From: Hydrolagus colliei
Lineage: Eukaryota
Reading direction: 5' to 3'
Assembly (NCBI GenBank): GCA_035084275.1
Contig: CM068744.1
Span: 99,882,001-99,946,000, forward strand
DNA: 64,000 nucleotides
The notes beneath the pieces were generated by a model that was not told the DNA's origin, searched no databases, and saw only the letters and a program-made list of their open reading frames with translations. Every line of letters begins with the position of its first letter. Within the stretch, counting starts at the first letter, position 1. The position numbers were made by a program, and so were the translations under genes. Shown here piece after piece: positions 1 through 12,490 of the stretch.

Positions 1-2627
1 ACAGAGGGAATCCATTCAGCCTATTTTGCCTGCGCTGATGCTTGCTCCTCTACTGTAACTATCCACAGCGATCCCATTCCCATAATCTTTCTATGTGATC
101 ACGTATTGATCCAATTCCCTTTTTATGCCGTTTGACTCGCAGAAGATTGAACCGACTTGGGTGTGTTCGATCATCTGTGATTTCTTCAAACATCCTACTT
201 TTCTTCTGATCATTAGTTTACGCTCCTGTTACTGACGCACTAAACCGGGTAAATAGTCTCTCTTTAACAATGCAATATATATTTATTTGGTGCCTTTCTT
301 GTCGGGAGAACGGTTTAAGCTCTTTACAATGCTAGGTGGGTACTGTAGCTGGAGGTGGATGTCGAGGGGGTGGGTGAACATCTTTTAGAGACCATCTGAT
401 GCCATTCCATCTGGTTGTCACCAGCTCTAAAAGTGGTTCTCACCTTGTGTTGTTACCTTGCATCCATCTGTTTCTCATTCTTCCTGGAGTTTGCCTTCTG
501 GTTGATATTTTTCTGCGGATTTTTCGGGCCCCTTGCTTTTTTCTTTCGTTTTTACTGTTCCTGTTCTCGTGCCAATTTACTTAATGACATAAATATGCCA
601 GAATAATAATGGGGCTTCACTTTGCTCTCCTGTCTGAATGTCAGAAGAATGCAATAAGGCTCTGGGTTGCAAAACTCACAAACTATTCAAATGTGAAGCT
701 TAAACACTTTTAATCATTGGTCACTCTCTTCATGACTGTTTGAGGGATGTTGCTGCGCGCAAATTGGCTGCTGCGTTCACTTGCAAAACGTACTTTGCAT
801 TAAAACCTGTGAACAACTTTGAGACCTCCTCCCAATATGAAAGGCACTACATCAAATGTAAGGATGATGATTATCAGCTGCCAGCATTCTTCTGGAATCC
901 CTTGAATCCCTTCTGGAATCCCATCCACCAGGAGATCGAATTCAAGATCCTCGTCCTCACTTTCAAGGCCATTCACGGCCTTGGCCCATCCTATCTCTCC
1001 GACCTGCTGTCACCCTATGAACCTGCCTGACCCCCTACCCCCCACCCCCCCCCCCCCCCCACCCGCTCGGCTCCCGACCTGACTGTTCAGTGACGTGAAA
1101 GACACTCTATAAGTGTCATTTTCTTGCTGTTGTTGTTGTTGTAAGGACAGTAAGATCGTTCTCAGAGAAAGAGGGACTTTGAGTTAGCATGTTTTTCCCC
1201 CCACTAAATTATGTGAATCTAAAAACAACAGGTTTATATGTCGGGAGATCTAATTTAACAATTGGGAGTTTGTAGAGAATTTGGGCAGAACTCTTTCGCA
1301 CAAAGGATAACTTGTTCCATATGCTTACCAGGGAAGGTTTTTGAAGTAAACTGTTTTAATGGGTTCAAGAGGCAACTCGACATTTGTTTTCTGAAAGCTT
1401 GAAGGATTTGGCAGGAGGATGGGTCAATGATGCATGTTTGGGTTTTTGTTGGCACTTATCCCGTTAATATTTCTGTTCTGCTGTCGCTGCTCGGCTTATG
1501 TGTATCGGTGCGGTCTGCAGGTTCGAAACTGACGCTGCTGATTGTGTTGTGTTCTCAATGGGTTTTGAAATCATAGGAGATGATTTTAAAGTTCAGCAGT
1601 GTCTGTGTTTCGTGCTTTTTTTAAAAAAACAACGAATTCCATTCCCTCTGAGTTGGTGAGCTTCATCGCAGCCGTGATGCGTTTCTCGTCACAAAATGAC
1701 TGCTTTGTTTCTTCGTTATTGCGGAGTTTCAGTCCTATAAGCTAGTGATTAAGGTTAACATCCTGTGTTATGTTGAGCTATACAGACCAGAAGGAAGGTT
1801 GTTCTGTGATATCAACGAGGGCAGATTTCTGAGGTCTACGGCTGGCCTTTTGGGTCCTGGACGAGGGAGAAAATCGGCCTAATTCTGTACCCGATTGTAA
1901 ACCAGACAGATATTCTTCACCATCTTTTACGAAGTAAATGTAGTAACTGTACAGGTACTGACAGCTGTTTCTATTTGTGTTTATTCAGTTGTGCCATATA
2001 TGTGCCTTTGTATTGGAAGCTAGACACCACCGATTCACTTCACTCCTGCTGTTGTATTGCTAAGCAATGAATTGTATTTGAAATTGTGTCAGTTGATTGA
2101 GCCAGTGTTTGAATAATAATAATAATAATAACCTTTGCATTTGATATCACGCCTTATCACGTTTTCAAGACATCTCAAAAGCCCTTCACAGAATATACTG
2201 TATATTTTGTGGGCAAAACGCGACAGCAGATGGTGCACAGCAGTGTCCCACACCCAGTCGTGGATTGAATTTATTCATTATTATTGGTTAACATTTTATT
2301 TGGTGCCACATATTATCGATTGCTTTTGCTATGTTCCCTCCCACTCTGTCCCATGGACAGTGATTCTGCCTCCTTGTCACCAAGCAAACAAACATTCGCA
2401 GATGCCCTTTGTGAAATTATTACTCTTTCAATACTGTGTTTTCATTGAACTATGCCTTATCGAAAAATACTGGTTAAAACTAGAGCAAACTACAGTAAGT
2501 ACGGGTGTATTGCAGACTGAGGCTGTTCCACTTTGAGTCTGTAGTTGCTGGAGCTGATTACTTTGCGACTGTTAAGCATCATGCTTGCTATAATGACCAG
2601 CCTTCTCAGTATTTGTAAAACACAATA

Positions 2628-3150
2628 CAAAATACTGCAGATGATGGAAATCTGAAGCAAACGCAGAAATCGCTGGGAACACTCAACAGAAGTGGAGTCC
2701 TGCAGCTCGGTGGTTATAGCACTTGCCTTACAAACATGAGACTTGTGTTCGAATCTAGGCAGGGTTTCCTTACTCCACATGGCCAATAACATTCCCTCAA
2801 AAACAGCGATAATAAATTGGTCATTTTCTACGACTGTTTGCGGGACATTGCTGTGTGCAATCGGCTGCCGCATTTTGCCCTCAAACACACAGTCAATTCA
2901 TTTTGCAGTATATTCTGTGAAGCGCTTTGATACTTCTAGAAGATGTGAAAAGCGCCGTATCAAATTCAAGAATGACTATTATAACAGGTCAGACAGTATC
3001 TGTGGAGAAAGGAAAGTGAGTCGATGGTTTCAGATCCATGACTGTCCTGATGAAGGGTCGTGGACCCGAAACATTGACTGACTTTTCCTTTCTCCATACA
3101 TGCTGCCTGACCTGCCGAGTGTTCCCAGTGATATCTGCGTTTGTTCTAAG
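2628..3150. mobile_element. Penelope-type foldback (inverted pseudo-LTR) element, interrupted by a SINE at 2690-2982
   Basis: AAATACTGCAGATGATGGAAATCTGAA...CTGGGAACACTC...GGAGAAAGGAAAGTGAGTC is inverted relative to GACTTTTCCTTTCTCC...GAGTGTTCCCAG; contains CTGATGAAGGGTCGTGGACCCGAAAC. Confidence 0.7.
2690..2982 (+). mobile_element. tRNA-derived SINE (young abundant family: tRNA head, 3' part of Deu domain, L2-like tail)
   Basis: Head GGAGTCCTGCAGCTCGGTGG (A box) and GTTCGAATC (B box); core GACTGTTTGCGGGACATTGCTGTGTGCAATCGGCTGCC; tail GTGAAGCGCTTTGA...GTGAAAAGCGCC; flanked by an AACAG duplication. Confidence 0.88.
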
Positions 3151-3734
3151 TATTAGTGTTTACTGCGATATAAAATGTACCATCACACTTGCTTACTGTT
3201 TCGATGTGTGTTGGCAGTGGCTTTTGGTGGAGGGAAGCAAGAGAGAGAGAGAGACAGAGGAAATGCTGAAATAACTTTCTTCCTGTTTACTCGAGTTGTC
3301 TGGCCAGTGGACTTAACCCTTGAATTTACAGAGCAGCCTGGAGAGTTCAAAAGAATTTGCGACTTGATATAAACGATGACTTGCTTAGATAAACCCAATT
3401 AGTTTCTCGGGTCATGAAAAGGAAGCTGGATATGAATCGCTTTGATTCTAGGAGTATTTGCTGATGGCTCTGTGAAGCCACGTTCCAGTTTGGAGTCTTC
3501 CACTTTGTTTGTGGTTTATCTAATCTTTCAGCTGGTTCCGGTTCATAAGTGCCGAAAGCTTGGAACAACATTTTAACTCTGCAAATTTACTTGACTCTAT
3601 ATATTGTCATATACAGTAAAATATTTTTAGAAGCTAATAGCACTATCAACATTTTTATATTCCAAAAAAAACTCCCCTTTTTATCTATGTTTTTAGGTGG
3701 AATTCTTGTTCTTGCTCTTCATTTTAGCATGATA

Positions 3735-3990
3735 AAAAAAAAACTTTAATAAAATTGGTCATTTCAATCCACGACTGTTTGTGGGACACTGCTGTGCGCA
3801 ATTGGCTGCCACGTTTCCGCCCACAAATATACAGTCAATTCACTTTACAGTAGACTCTGTGAAGCGCTTTGAGATGTCTAGAAGATGTGAAAAGCGCTAT
3901 AAAAAATGCAAGGCTTATTATTATGTATAGTCCTCCTGACGTGAAAGGCGCTCTATAAATGTAAATTGTTGTTGTTGTTGTTGTTGTATA
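3735..3990 (+). mobile_element. 5'-truncated SINE followed by an extra L2-type tail
   Basis: Family core and tail to about 3924, then GTGAAAGGCGCTCTATAAATGTAAA(TTG)n. Confidence 0.85.
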
Positions 3991-5418
3991 ATGTACTCAA
4001 TAACACCAAGAGAAAGTAGGAACTCCAGGAGAGATTTGTGTAGCTGGATTTTTATGCTATTATGATATTTATCCCTCTGCTTGCCACCCCCCACTCCCCA
4101 TCCCCACTTCCCCACCTTTGGCCTTGTTCTTCGATCGTGCTTACAGTCACCTACCCCCTGCTCAAGGGTCGTGCACAGCTACTGTCAAGCGCTCTGGAAC
4201 ACAAGCCTGCTGTATAAATGCAAACTGTTCTAGTTCTTCACTGTTGTTGTTGTTATTCACTGCATGTATCTCTATTGAAAGATATTGCCATATGCTGCAG
4301 TACAGTTCCATGAATCCCCTCTAGGCGCAGTTCTTCGGGTGATTGTTCCCGAGCTGCGTGACCTTAGCTGCGTCGTGATCCAATGTTCTCGAAAGAATCA
4401 CTAGAATACTCATTTGCTTGGTCTATTTCTGGGGTCTGTGCTTTGTGTAAATTGGCTGCCGCATTCGACCACAAATTCTCTCGCATCGTTTTACAGTAAA
4501 TCCTGTGAAGCACTTGGAGATGATTCAATAATGCAATAAAGCATCGAATCAAACGCAAGATTTTATTGTTTTACTTGACCAGGTGCCTGGAGTCCTGGCT
4601 ATTTCATCTCCTTTCATTAGTACCTCTGGTCCCATTAATTTCCAGGAGACTAATTATACATGGCAACATAAGAGCACAACTGGGCCAGTCGCCTGTCAAG
4701 CCCACACACCAACTTTTACTTGCCGTTGAATATTAGATATGAGGAGCTGGATGGTGCGTACACTGCATCAAAATGCTGTTGTACTGAAGTTTGATCTCCT
4801 GTTTTCCATTGATCAAATACCTAGTTGATTGCAGCCTAACAGCCAATGTTTATTCTCCCAATTTATACAAGCTATGTTTTTTCCCGCATCAAACAGTCAC
4901 TTAGGGCCTACTTCTTCGGTCTCATGGTGCACATGATTTTCTTACACATCAGCAATCACTATCACTTCTGAATTTCTTCACTTAATGATTGTTTGATTTG
5001 TGACGGATAAAGCGTATCTATCGGTAAGACTGTTATGGTATCATCTGACATCCTCACCTTGAGTAGCATTCAAGAGTTCCAATCTTTATGGACATTACGG
5101 GGTTTAATTTTCTCATAGGAATAAAAATTCCTAAATCCACAAGGCCATTGGGAATTGAACCAATGATCGCTCACAATATCATACGAGCTTGGAATGAAGG
5201 AACTTTTGCCCATTTGACCTAATCTTACCATTAGTGTTTTCTCATCATGGTGTTGAACTGTATTTTAAATGGGTCCAGTGTCCTGGCCACAAACATTCTT
5301 CCCAACAACCTAGTTCAGTTGTTAATTAGCCTCTATTAAAGAAATACTCCCTGATGTTTGTGCTGGAATTTTCCTTTGTAACTCAAAGTGGGGAATTGTG
5401 TTAGTGGGGGGGGGGGGG

Positions 5419-5848
5419 GTAGCTTAGCGGTCGAAGCACTAGCCTCACAAGCACAAGGCCTGGGTTTGATTCTCAGCAGTGTGAAATCTTAGACAAGTTT
5501 CCTTATTCCACACACCTTTTTACCAGGAATCCAATAGTTAGTCGATGAGCAGATCGCTCTACTGGGGGGTAATAATTCCTTTTTAAACAAGTAGTAAATT
5601 GGTCACTTCAATCCATTAACTGTTTGTGGGACATTACTGTGAGCAATTAATTGGCTGGCGAGTTTCACCCACAAAACTTACAGTCAGTTCACTTTCCAGT
5701 ATATGTCCAGCGTCCTGGGACAGCCTCCAATGTGAAAGGCGCTCTACAAAGGTAATTTTGTTGTTGTTGTTGTATATTCCGTGAAGCACTTTGAGATGGC
5801 TCGAGGATGTGATAAGATGCTATATCAAATGCAAGGATTATTATTATG
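5419..5848 (+). mobile_element. tRNA-derived SINE with an internal 67-bp L2-tail insertion
   Basis: TAGCTTAGCGG and GGTTTGATTC boxes, family core and (ATT)n tail; insert 5705-5771 flanked by GTATAT. Confidence 0.82.
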
Positions 5849-6974
5849 TGCCGGGCCAGAACAGAATCAACGTTGGCTGTGATCAATCAAATACATTCAG
5901 TCAAATACCCTACGTTGGTCTCTCTCACATTGGCTTTGGATTAACAGTACCAAAATTAGGAAAGTTGTTAATGGGTGAGTGGGTGGAAAAGTCGCATTTA
6001 TGACTCAGAGGACTGAAATTCCTACCTCCTACATTGCTCCTCACTCAACCCCCCATTTTTTTAATGCATATTTTTTATTGTGCCTTAGTAGTAATTACTG
6101 TAAATTGCTTTGAGATTTTTCAACATTCTACACAGTATATTAAATGATTGATATTGCAGTGTACATTTTTTTAGCGAGAATAATTGCAGTCCTGGTTTGA
6201 AAAGTTGAATTTGTTGGGATGTCGATTTCGAAACTAAATTAAAGGAACAAATGTTAAAAGTAAGTATAGGTGGTCAAATGTGGCAAACAGAATGTACATA
6301 ATTGAAAGTGTGCTGGCTGATATTGTCAGTTCCATTTAGATTTTCTCTTTGAGAATGAAGTACTGTACTTGATTGATTGACATAGTCCAAAGGAATTGGC
6401 ACAGGAAGTCCAATAAGGAAGGTATAGACCTAATCGCAAAGTTGATCAAACCCCCCAAAAAAGTAATGTTCTATTTCCACCTCAGCCTTGGTCATTTCCC
6501 TCCTCCCCTTCCTGTCCCCAGCATCACAAGAATCATTGTGTGCTGTGATATAGTTAATCTCAATCCCTGGGTATCATATTCAAGTACCCACTTATCTATA
6601 TTTAGTTTCAAAACCTTTTGATAAGCAACTTTTGGAATTCCATCCCGCAATCCCTCCACCTTGCCCCCTTCCTGGCCTCCTTCAAGTCCCTCCTCAAGAC
6701 CCTTCTCTTTGACCATGCCATCGGTCACCCCACTACTCCACCCTTCCCTCCACCCTCCCTGATCCCGACCCACTGTTCGGGTCTGAAACACTGACTGTCC
6801 AGGAGTCTTGGGACGTACTCCCAAGGTATATTCTGTGAAGCGCTTTGAGACATCTAAAAAAAAAACGTGAAAAGTGCTGTATTAAATCAAAGGATTATTA
6901 TTATTATTTGCAAGGCTATGGAGAGAGAGCGGGGGAGTGGGATTAATTTGGATAGCTCTTCCAAGCAGCAAGCA

Positions 6975-7335
6975 CAATAATAAAACAAGAATAAGAATCT
7001 TTGTACAGTATTTGATATAGCGCCTTGTCACATCTTCTAGACGTCTCAAAGCGCTTCACAGGATATACTGTAAAGTGAATTAACTGTATATTTTGTGGTC
7101 GAAATGCGGCAGCCAACTGCACACAGCAGTGTCCCACAAACAGTCGGGGATTGAGTGACAATTTTTTTTTTGGGGGGGTATTATTACCCTCTAAAAAGTG
7201 ATCCGCCAATCGATCAATAACTTACTGCTAGGTAACAGAGGCATGCGGAGTAAGGAAACATGTCTAAAGTTTCACCCTGTCCGGAAATCAAACCCAAGTC
7301 CTCTAGTTTGTGAGGTGAGCACGGTAACCACGAAT
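6975..7335 (-). mobile_element. tRNA-derived SINE
   Basis: Reverse complement of the family tail, core (GGCAGCCAACTGCACACAGCAGTGTCCCACAAACAGTC) and head. Confidence 0.82.
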
Positions 7336-8094
7336 CGCACCGGCCACCCCACCCACCCCTCCCCCACATGCACACACGTGACACAACACTTACGATAGGC
7401 CAAATGGCCTCCTTCTGCTTTCTATGATTGGTGGGGGGGGGGATGGGGACACGGGGGCCGACGAGGAATAATAAGGAAGAAAGACATCTCCTCAAATGGC
7501 CTTCCGGGCTAAGACGAGGATTCATTTTGTGCCTTGGAGAGGAGAAAGGTCTAATCTGCTCATTGTGTTTCAAGCCTATGTTCCAATTCCGACATGCTGT
7601 AGTTAATGTTTAAGGAAGAAATAAGCATTTAATCAGAAGCTTCTCCCCCAGCTGGTGCTATTGAGCGCTGAGCCAAATTTGGACGCTATTTTATTCCCCT
7701 GACTGGAGGATGACTCGCTGCATTGCAACACGCCTTCTCACCAATGACATGTTGGCAGATTGTGTGCTTTCTCTATTTGATGACTCCTCTTATCAGATAT
7801 ACTGAAGCACTTTACCCTTGGACTCTCCCTGCCGCTTCAGTAAATCTGCTGCATTAAGCTCCATTAAAGTGGCACGACAGTACTGTAATTTGTTACAATG
7901 ATTTGGGAAAGGTATTCAGTATTTGATTGAGTTTAGTACTTAAATAAACATTCATACCGAACCCCAAGTGATAGATGGGGCTTATCCGAAAGTATCAACC
8001 AATTCCAGGAAACAGCATCTTATTTGCCAGCACTGGTTCCCAATGTTGCTGCTGCTGTTATGTAGAATTAATAATAATCCTTTTAGAATAATAT

Positions 8095-8500
8095 CTTTTG
8101 CATTCAAAGTATATCACAGGATATACTGTAAAATGCAGTGACTTGACTACATGGTGAGTGAATGTGGCAGCGAAAGTTTGAATACAGCAATATCCCATAA
8201 ACAACCATGAAGTAAATGACTAGTTTTATTTGGTGGTGGGGGGCATGGGTGACTAATTCCATTCGTCAATAGAAACTCCCTTCTCTTTACAAATCGTACC
8301 AAAGGATCTTTAATATCTACCTGAAAAAAACAGATGTAGCCTCAGTCCAAAGGATGACACCTCTAATAATGCAACACACCTCCAGCACTGCATTGGAGTG
8401 TCAGCTTAGACTATGAGTTCCGGGAAGTCCCGATGTGAGGCTTGAGCCCACAGCCCTCGCTGACACAGAGATGGGAGTGCCCCCAACCGAGCCCAGCCTG
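8095..8500 (-). mobile_element. Old DeuSINE
   Basis: Reverse-strand GGATCTTTAATATCTACCTGA...CAGCACTGCATTGGAGTGTCAGCTTAGACTATG...CTTGAGCCCACAGCC...CCAACCGAGCC. Shorter head fragments of this family also lie at about 25200-25295, 36640-36735, 40650-40808, 41620-41760 and 49050-49228. Confidence 0.7.
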
Positions 8501-9167
8501 ATAAACACATCGAAAAAGAGTAGCAAAATTAGCCACATCATCTCAGAGCTTGGAACACTTGAAACGTTTGAATTTTTCAGCAAAGCATCAGATAAATACC
8601 TAAAAAGAAATAAACTGTAGCAGTATGGAGGAAAGGCAGGTACACTAAATGGCAGTGAAGAATTGTCATTAAAAGAGCCAGCACAGCCACGATAGACCGG
8701 CTACTACTAGCGTTGTGAGGTTCTATGGTTCCTCATGCTCTCCCCATTCCTCAGGCTGTCTCCATCACCATTTTTCTCTGAACGATTGAGAGGAGCAGCT
8801 TTGAATTGCATCTTTTTTGCTATAGGAAATGCATAGGAAGTTTTGCATATCCCTGTCCAGATTTTGTTTTAAAAATGTGGCAAGTCCATAGTCCATTTTT
8901 CTTACTAATTGAATGCTCTACCCTGGCCTTTGGTCAGGCAAAGATGTCACCAATGTAATAAATTCAGAATGGAGACGGAGGAGGGGAAACATAAAATCAG
9001 CACTAACAAGTACTCATAATCAGGACTGATATCATTAGAACCCGTCTGCTTCCCTGAAGGAATGGAAAATGTAGTTGATTATTTTGCATTTCAGACTATT
9101 TCACGGTTAGTTGGGTGGATGTGGAGGGAAAAAGGAGGAGACCACATGTCCACTATGCATACTTATA

Positions 9168-9453
9168 GAGTCCTGTAGCTCAGTGGTTAGAGCTCTCATC
9201 TTACAAGCAAGAAACCTGGGATCAATTCCAGGCAGGGCAAAACCTTGGGCAAGTTTCCTTACTCAACACGCATGATAATAATAAAAAATAAATTGGTTAT
9301 TTCAATCCATGACTGTTTGTGGGACACTGCTGTGCACGATTAGCTGCCAAATTTCACCTAGAAATATACAGTCAATTCGCTTTACAGTATATTCTATGAA
9401 GCACTTTGAGACGTCTAGAAGAAGTCAAATGCAAGATTTATTATTATTATTAT
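9168..9453 (+). mobile_element. tRNA-derived SINE
   Basis: GAGTCCTGTAGCTCAGTGGTTAGAGC...GATCAATTCCAGGCAGGG, core and (ATT)n tail. Confidence 0.88.
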
Positions 9454-10723
9454 ATAGTCATGTTCTCTCTTCCATTGGGCTGTCACCACCACCAGAAGCA
9501 TTGTTACAATGCATTGAATAAGTATAAATTGGTGTTTAATGGAATAACTCACATTTTCAGCACGGTTCAGAATTGTCCCATCTACAACACTATCTTAAAA
9601 GCTTCTGGGAATGTCAATCATCCAGAAATGGGTCTTGTGAACAGGGAGATGTGAGCACATATTTTTAGCAGTTCTGATTAGAAGCATGAAGTCTATATGG
9701 GTCAGTAAGGAAGAGTTGGAGCCATCTCTACCCCCTTATCCAACTACCTCTTCTTTTTAATAAATGGAAAGTTAAATACTGTAGATGACTAGGTCAGCAT
9801 AGATGGACCTTAAAGAGAGTGCTAGCTTGCAGAAATGATTGTCCGAAAACAACAACAACAGCAAAATTACATTTATAGAGTGCCTTTCACGTCGAGAGGA
9901 AAACCAAATGGAGAAGACATTTGATATTGTCTTGTGCATTAACACCACTATGGAAAAGAAGATTAAAAATACATTGAATAGTGGAACGTTTGAAACAAAG
10001 AAGAGCTCAATGTGTACGTGTCCCACGTGAAGTAATCAACCCAAATCCCATTTCCTTTATTCAAGTGTTTATCCAATTCTATTTTGTAATCCTGTTGGGG
10101 GATTTTAAGCCTTTTCTTTTAAACTGAACCAAAGATCATTTACTTTTCCTATTTATAAATTATGTGAACCCTTTTATTCAAATATATTACGTGAAAAAAG
10201 TTTCCAAAAGCCACGTATTAGCTTGTCTCTTTCCCCCAACCAAACACATTAAGCCTGATGCTGCCGCTTTAAGCGGTAATTCTGATGAAATTGTCCATAT
10301 CTTATTTTGAGGTGACGTCCCCTCTTGGGATTTTCAACAGAAAATCAACAAGATGTTGTGAACCTAAACTGTCAACATTCAGGGTCAACCACTACAAAAA
10401 CTTTCAATCCAAACTTTCTCTGGTCGGTACTGACCCAATTAATCGTTTTTCCATGGACTGGTACTGAACAGTAGCAGTAAACTTACGGATGTTACAACAA
10501 CTGTTGTGAGACGCTTCATTTAGCTGCCACATTTCACCCATAAAAATATACCGTCAATTCACTTTGCACTATATTCTGTGAGGCACTTTGAGAGGCTCAC
10601 CGATATGATAAGGTGGTATTTCAAATGCAATTATTATTATTATTGTGTTCATGCACTTTCCATATGCTCTGTCGCATCCTGTATCTCCCTTCATCCTTTC
10701 TTCCCCCTCCCATCACTGTACAC

Positions 10724-11560
10724 TAGGGTCCGGCGATATATCGATATATCGCTAAAACACGATATAATTTTCATATCGATACGGCGATATAGACATTTCA
10801 AAATTATCGATATATCGAAAAATCGGAATGCTGAACTACAAGACACACTGAACTACAAGACCCAGAATGCTCATCTCTATACACAATGCACAGACCGAGG
10901 TGCAAAGCCGCCATATTGTATTCATAGTCCTCGAATACAATATACAAGGGGTGGGGGTGGGGGGAGAGACGGCTGGATGGGGGGGTGAGGGGGAGAGAGA
11001 CGGCTGGGTGGGGTGAGGGGGAGAGAGACGGCTGCGGGGCTGAGGGGGAGAGAGACGGCTGTGGGGGGGAGAGAGACGGCTGGGAGGAGGGTGTCGGGGG
11101 AGATAGACGGCTGGGAGGAGGGTGTGGGGGAAGAGAGACAGCTGGGGGGGGTGGGGGGGAGAGAGACAGCTGGGGGTGGGGGGGAGAGAGAGACGGCTGG
11201 GGGTGTGTGGGGGAGGAGAGAGAGACGGTGGGGGGGGGGGAGAGAGACGGCGGGGTTTGGGGGGTGGGGGAAGAGACGGGGTGGATGTGATAATATACAG
11301 ATAGATAGAGATGGGGGGGATGTGAGAGAGACACAGAGACACAGACAGAAAAGCACAGAGATGGAGAGAGTGAGAGACACAGAGAGAGAAAGATATTTAC
11401 CTCCTGAGGAGATAGGCCCCGAATGCGCGGGCACTCCGAATGCGCGCACTGTGCGCACATGCGCAGTACGAAAACCCCCAAAATATCGATATTTCGGTGT
11501 ATCTCGATATGAGCCCATCGATATATCTAAATCGGAAAATTTCCATATCGACGGACCCTA
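10724..11560. mobile_element. Non-autonomous hAT (Ac-like) DNA transposon, 837 bp, with internal G-rich minisatellite
   Basis: TIR TAGGGTCCGGCGATAT ... ATATCGACGGACCCTA; perfect 8-bp TSD CTGTACAC (10716-10723 and 11561-11568); many subterminal CGATAT/ATATCG motifs. Confidence 0.92.
10948..11283 (+). repeat. G-rich minisatellite (unit approx. GGGGGAGAGAGACGGCTGGGGGGGGTGA) inside hAT copy 1
   Basis: Recurring AGAGAGACGGCT core separated by variable G runs. Confidence 0.9.
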
Positions 11561-12307
11561 CTGTACACCAAACCGTGTCGTTGCTCTACTTTAAAATACA
11601 ATTTCACCTTTATGTAACGCCTTTCATGTTGAAAGGGCATGCACCTTAAAGCACTTGCGTTTATTAACCATTTCAGAGGTGTGTGTGCTGTTTTTAAAGT
11701 TTTTCTTAAATTGAATGCAAAGGGAGTGAGGGGAAAACATAGCTATTCATTGTGAAATTGTGTTATGAAAACTGATGATTTTAATAATTTTAAGCATTCA
11801 TTTGCATAGCTCCAAATATTAGGATGACATCAGACACTCAAAACTTCTCATACTCCTATCCTCAAGACTTATCTTAAAATTTTAAAATGTTCAGATGTGT
11901 GGAAAATTCCATTTTGATCTGGAAGCCTGGTTTTATTTAGTTCTCATTGACGTATAGAAAATCTGATTTTGTTAATCAAGATTGAGGGTAAGTTTTTCTT
12001 CCAGATTCTGAATGTAAAATTTTAAGTCAATAGTCTTAAAGCTAATAGCCCCAACTGTCTTTTTTTATTTGTTTTTCCCCTCCCTCCCCCATTCCACAAT
12101 TAACCCTGTGACGCTGCCCTCTAGGCAACCACAAGGAAGGGTGATGGAATGACTCATTGAGCTTTCCCCTTGGATCATTCACTCTGATTATTTTCTCCCA
12201 CATTCCATCCTCAATGCTGATCTCTGCAATTGGAAGTGTGAATCTGTGCAGTATGTCTTCCTTGCTGGTTAGAGTGAAGCTTCACATTAGTGGGCTAGCT
12301 ATTTCAT

Positions 12308-12490
12308 AAGAATAAGCAGGACATAAAAATAAGGAGCAGGAGTAGGCCATTCAGGCCCCTCGAGCCTGCCCCGCCATTCAATAAGATCATGGCTGATCTT
12401 CCAAGCTAACTCCACCTATCCGCCTTATCCCCATATCCCTTAATCCCTTTATCCATACAAAATCTGTCAATTTCCACATTGAAAGAAATT
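12308..12490 (-). mobile_element. CR1 3' UTR fragment
   Basis: Reverse complement of the 3' UTR at about 28080-28210 (AGGAGCAGGAGTAGGCCATTC...GATCATGGCTGATCTT...CCCCATATCCCTTAATCCC). Confidence 0.85.
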
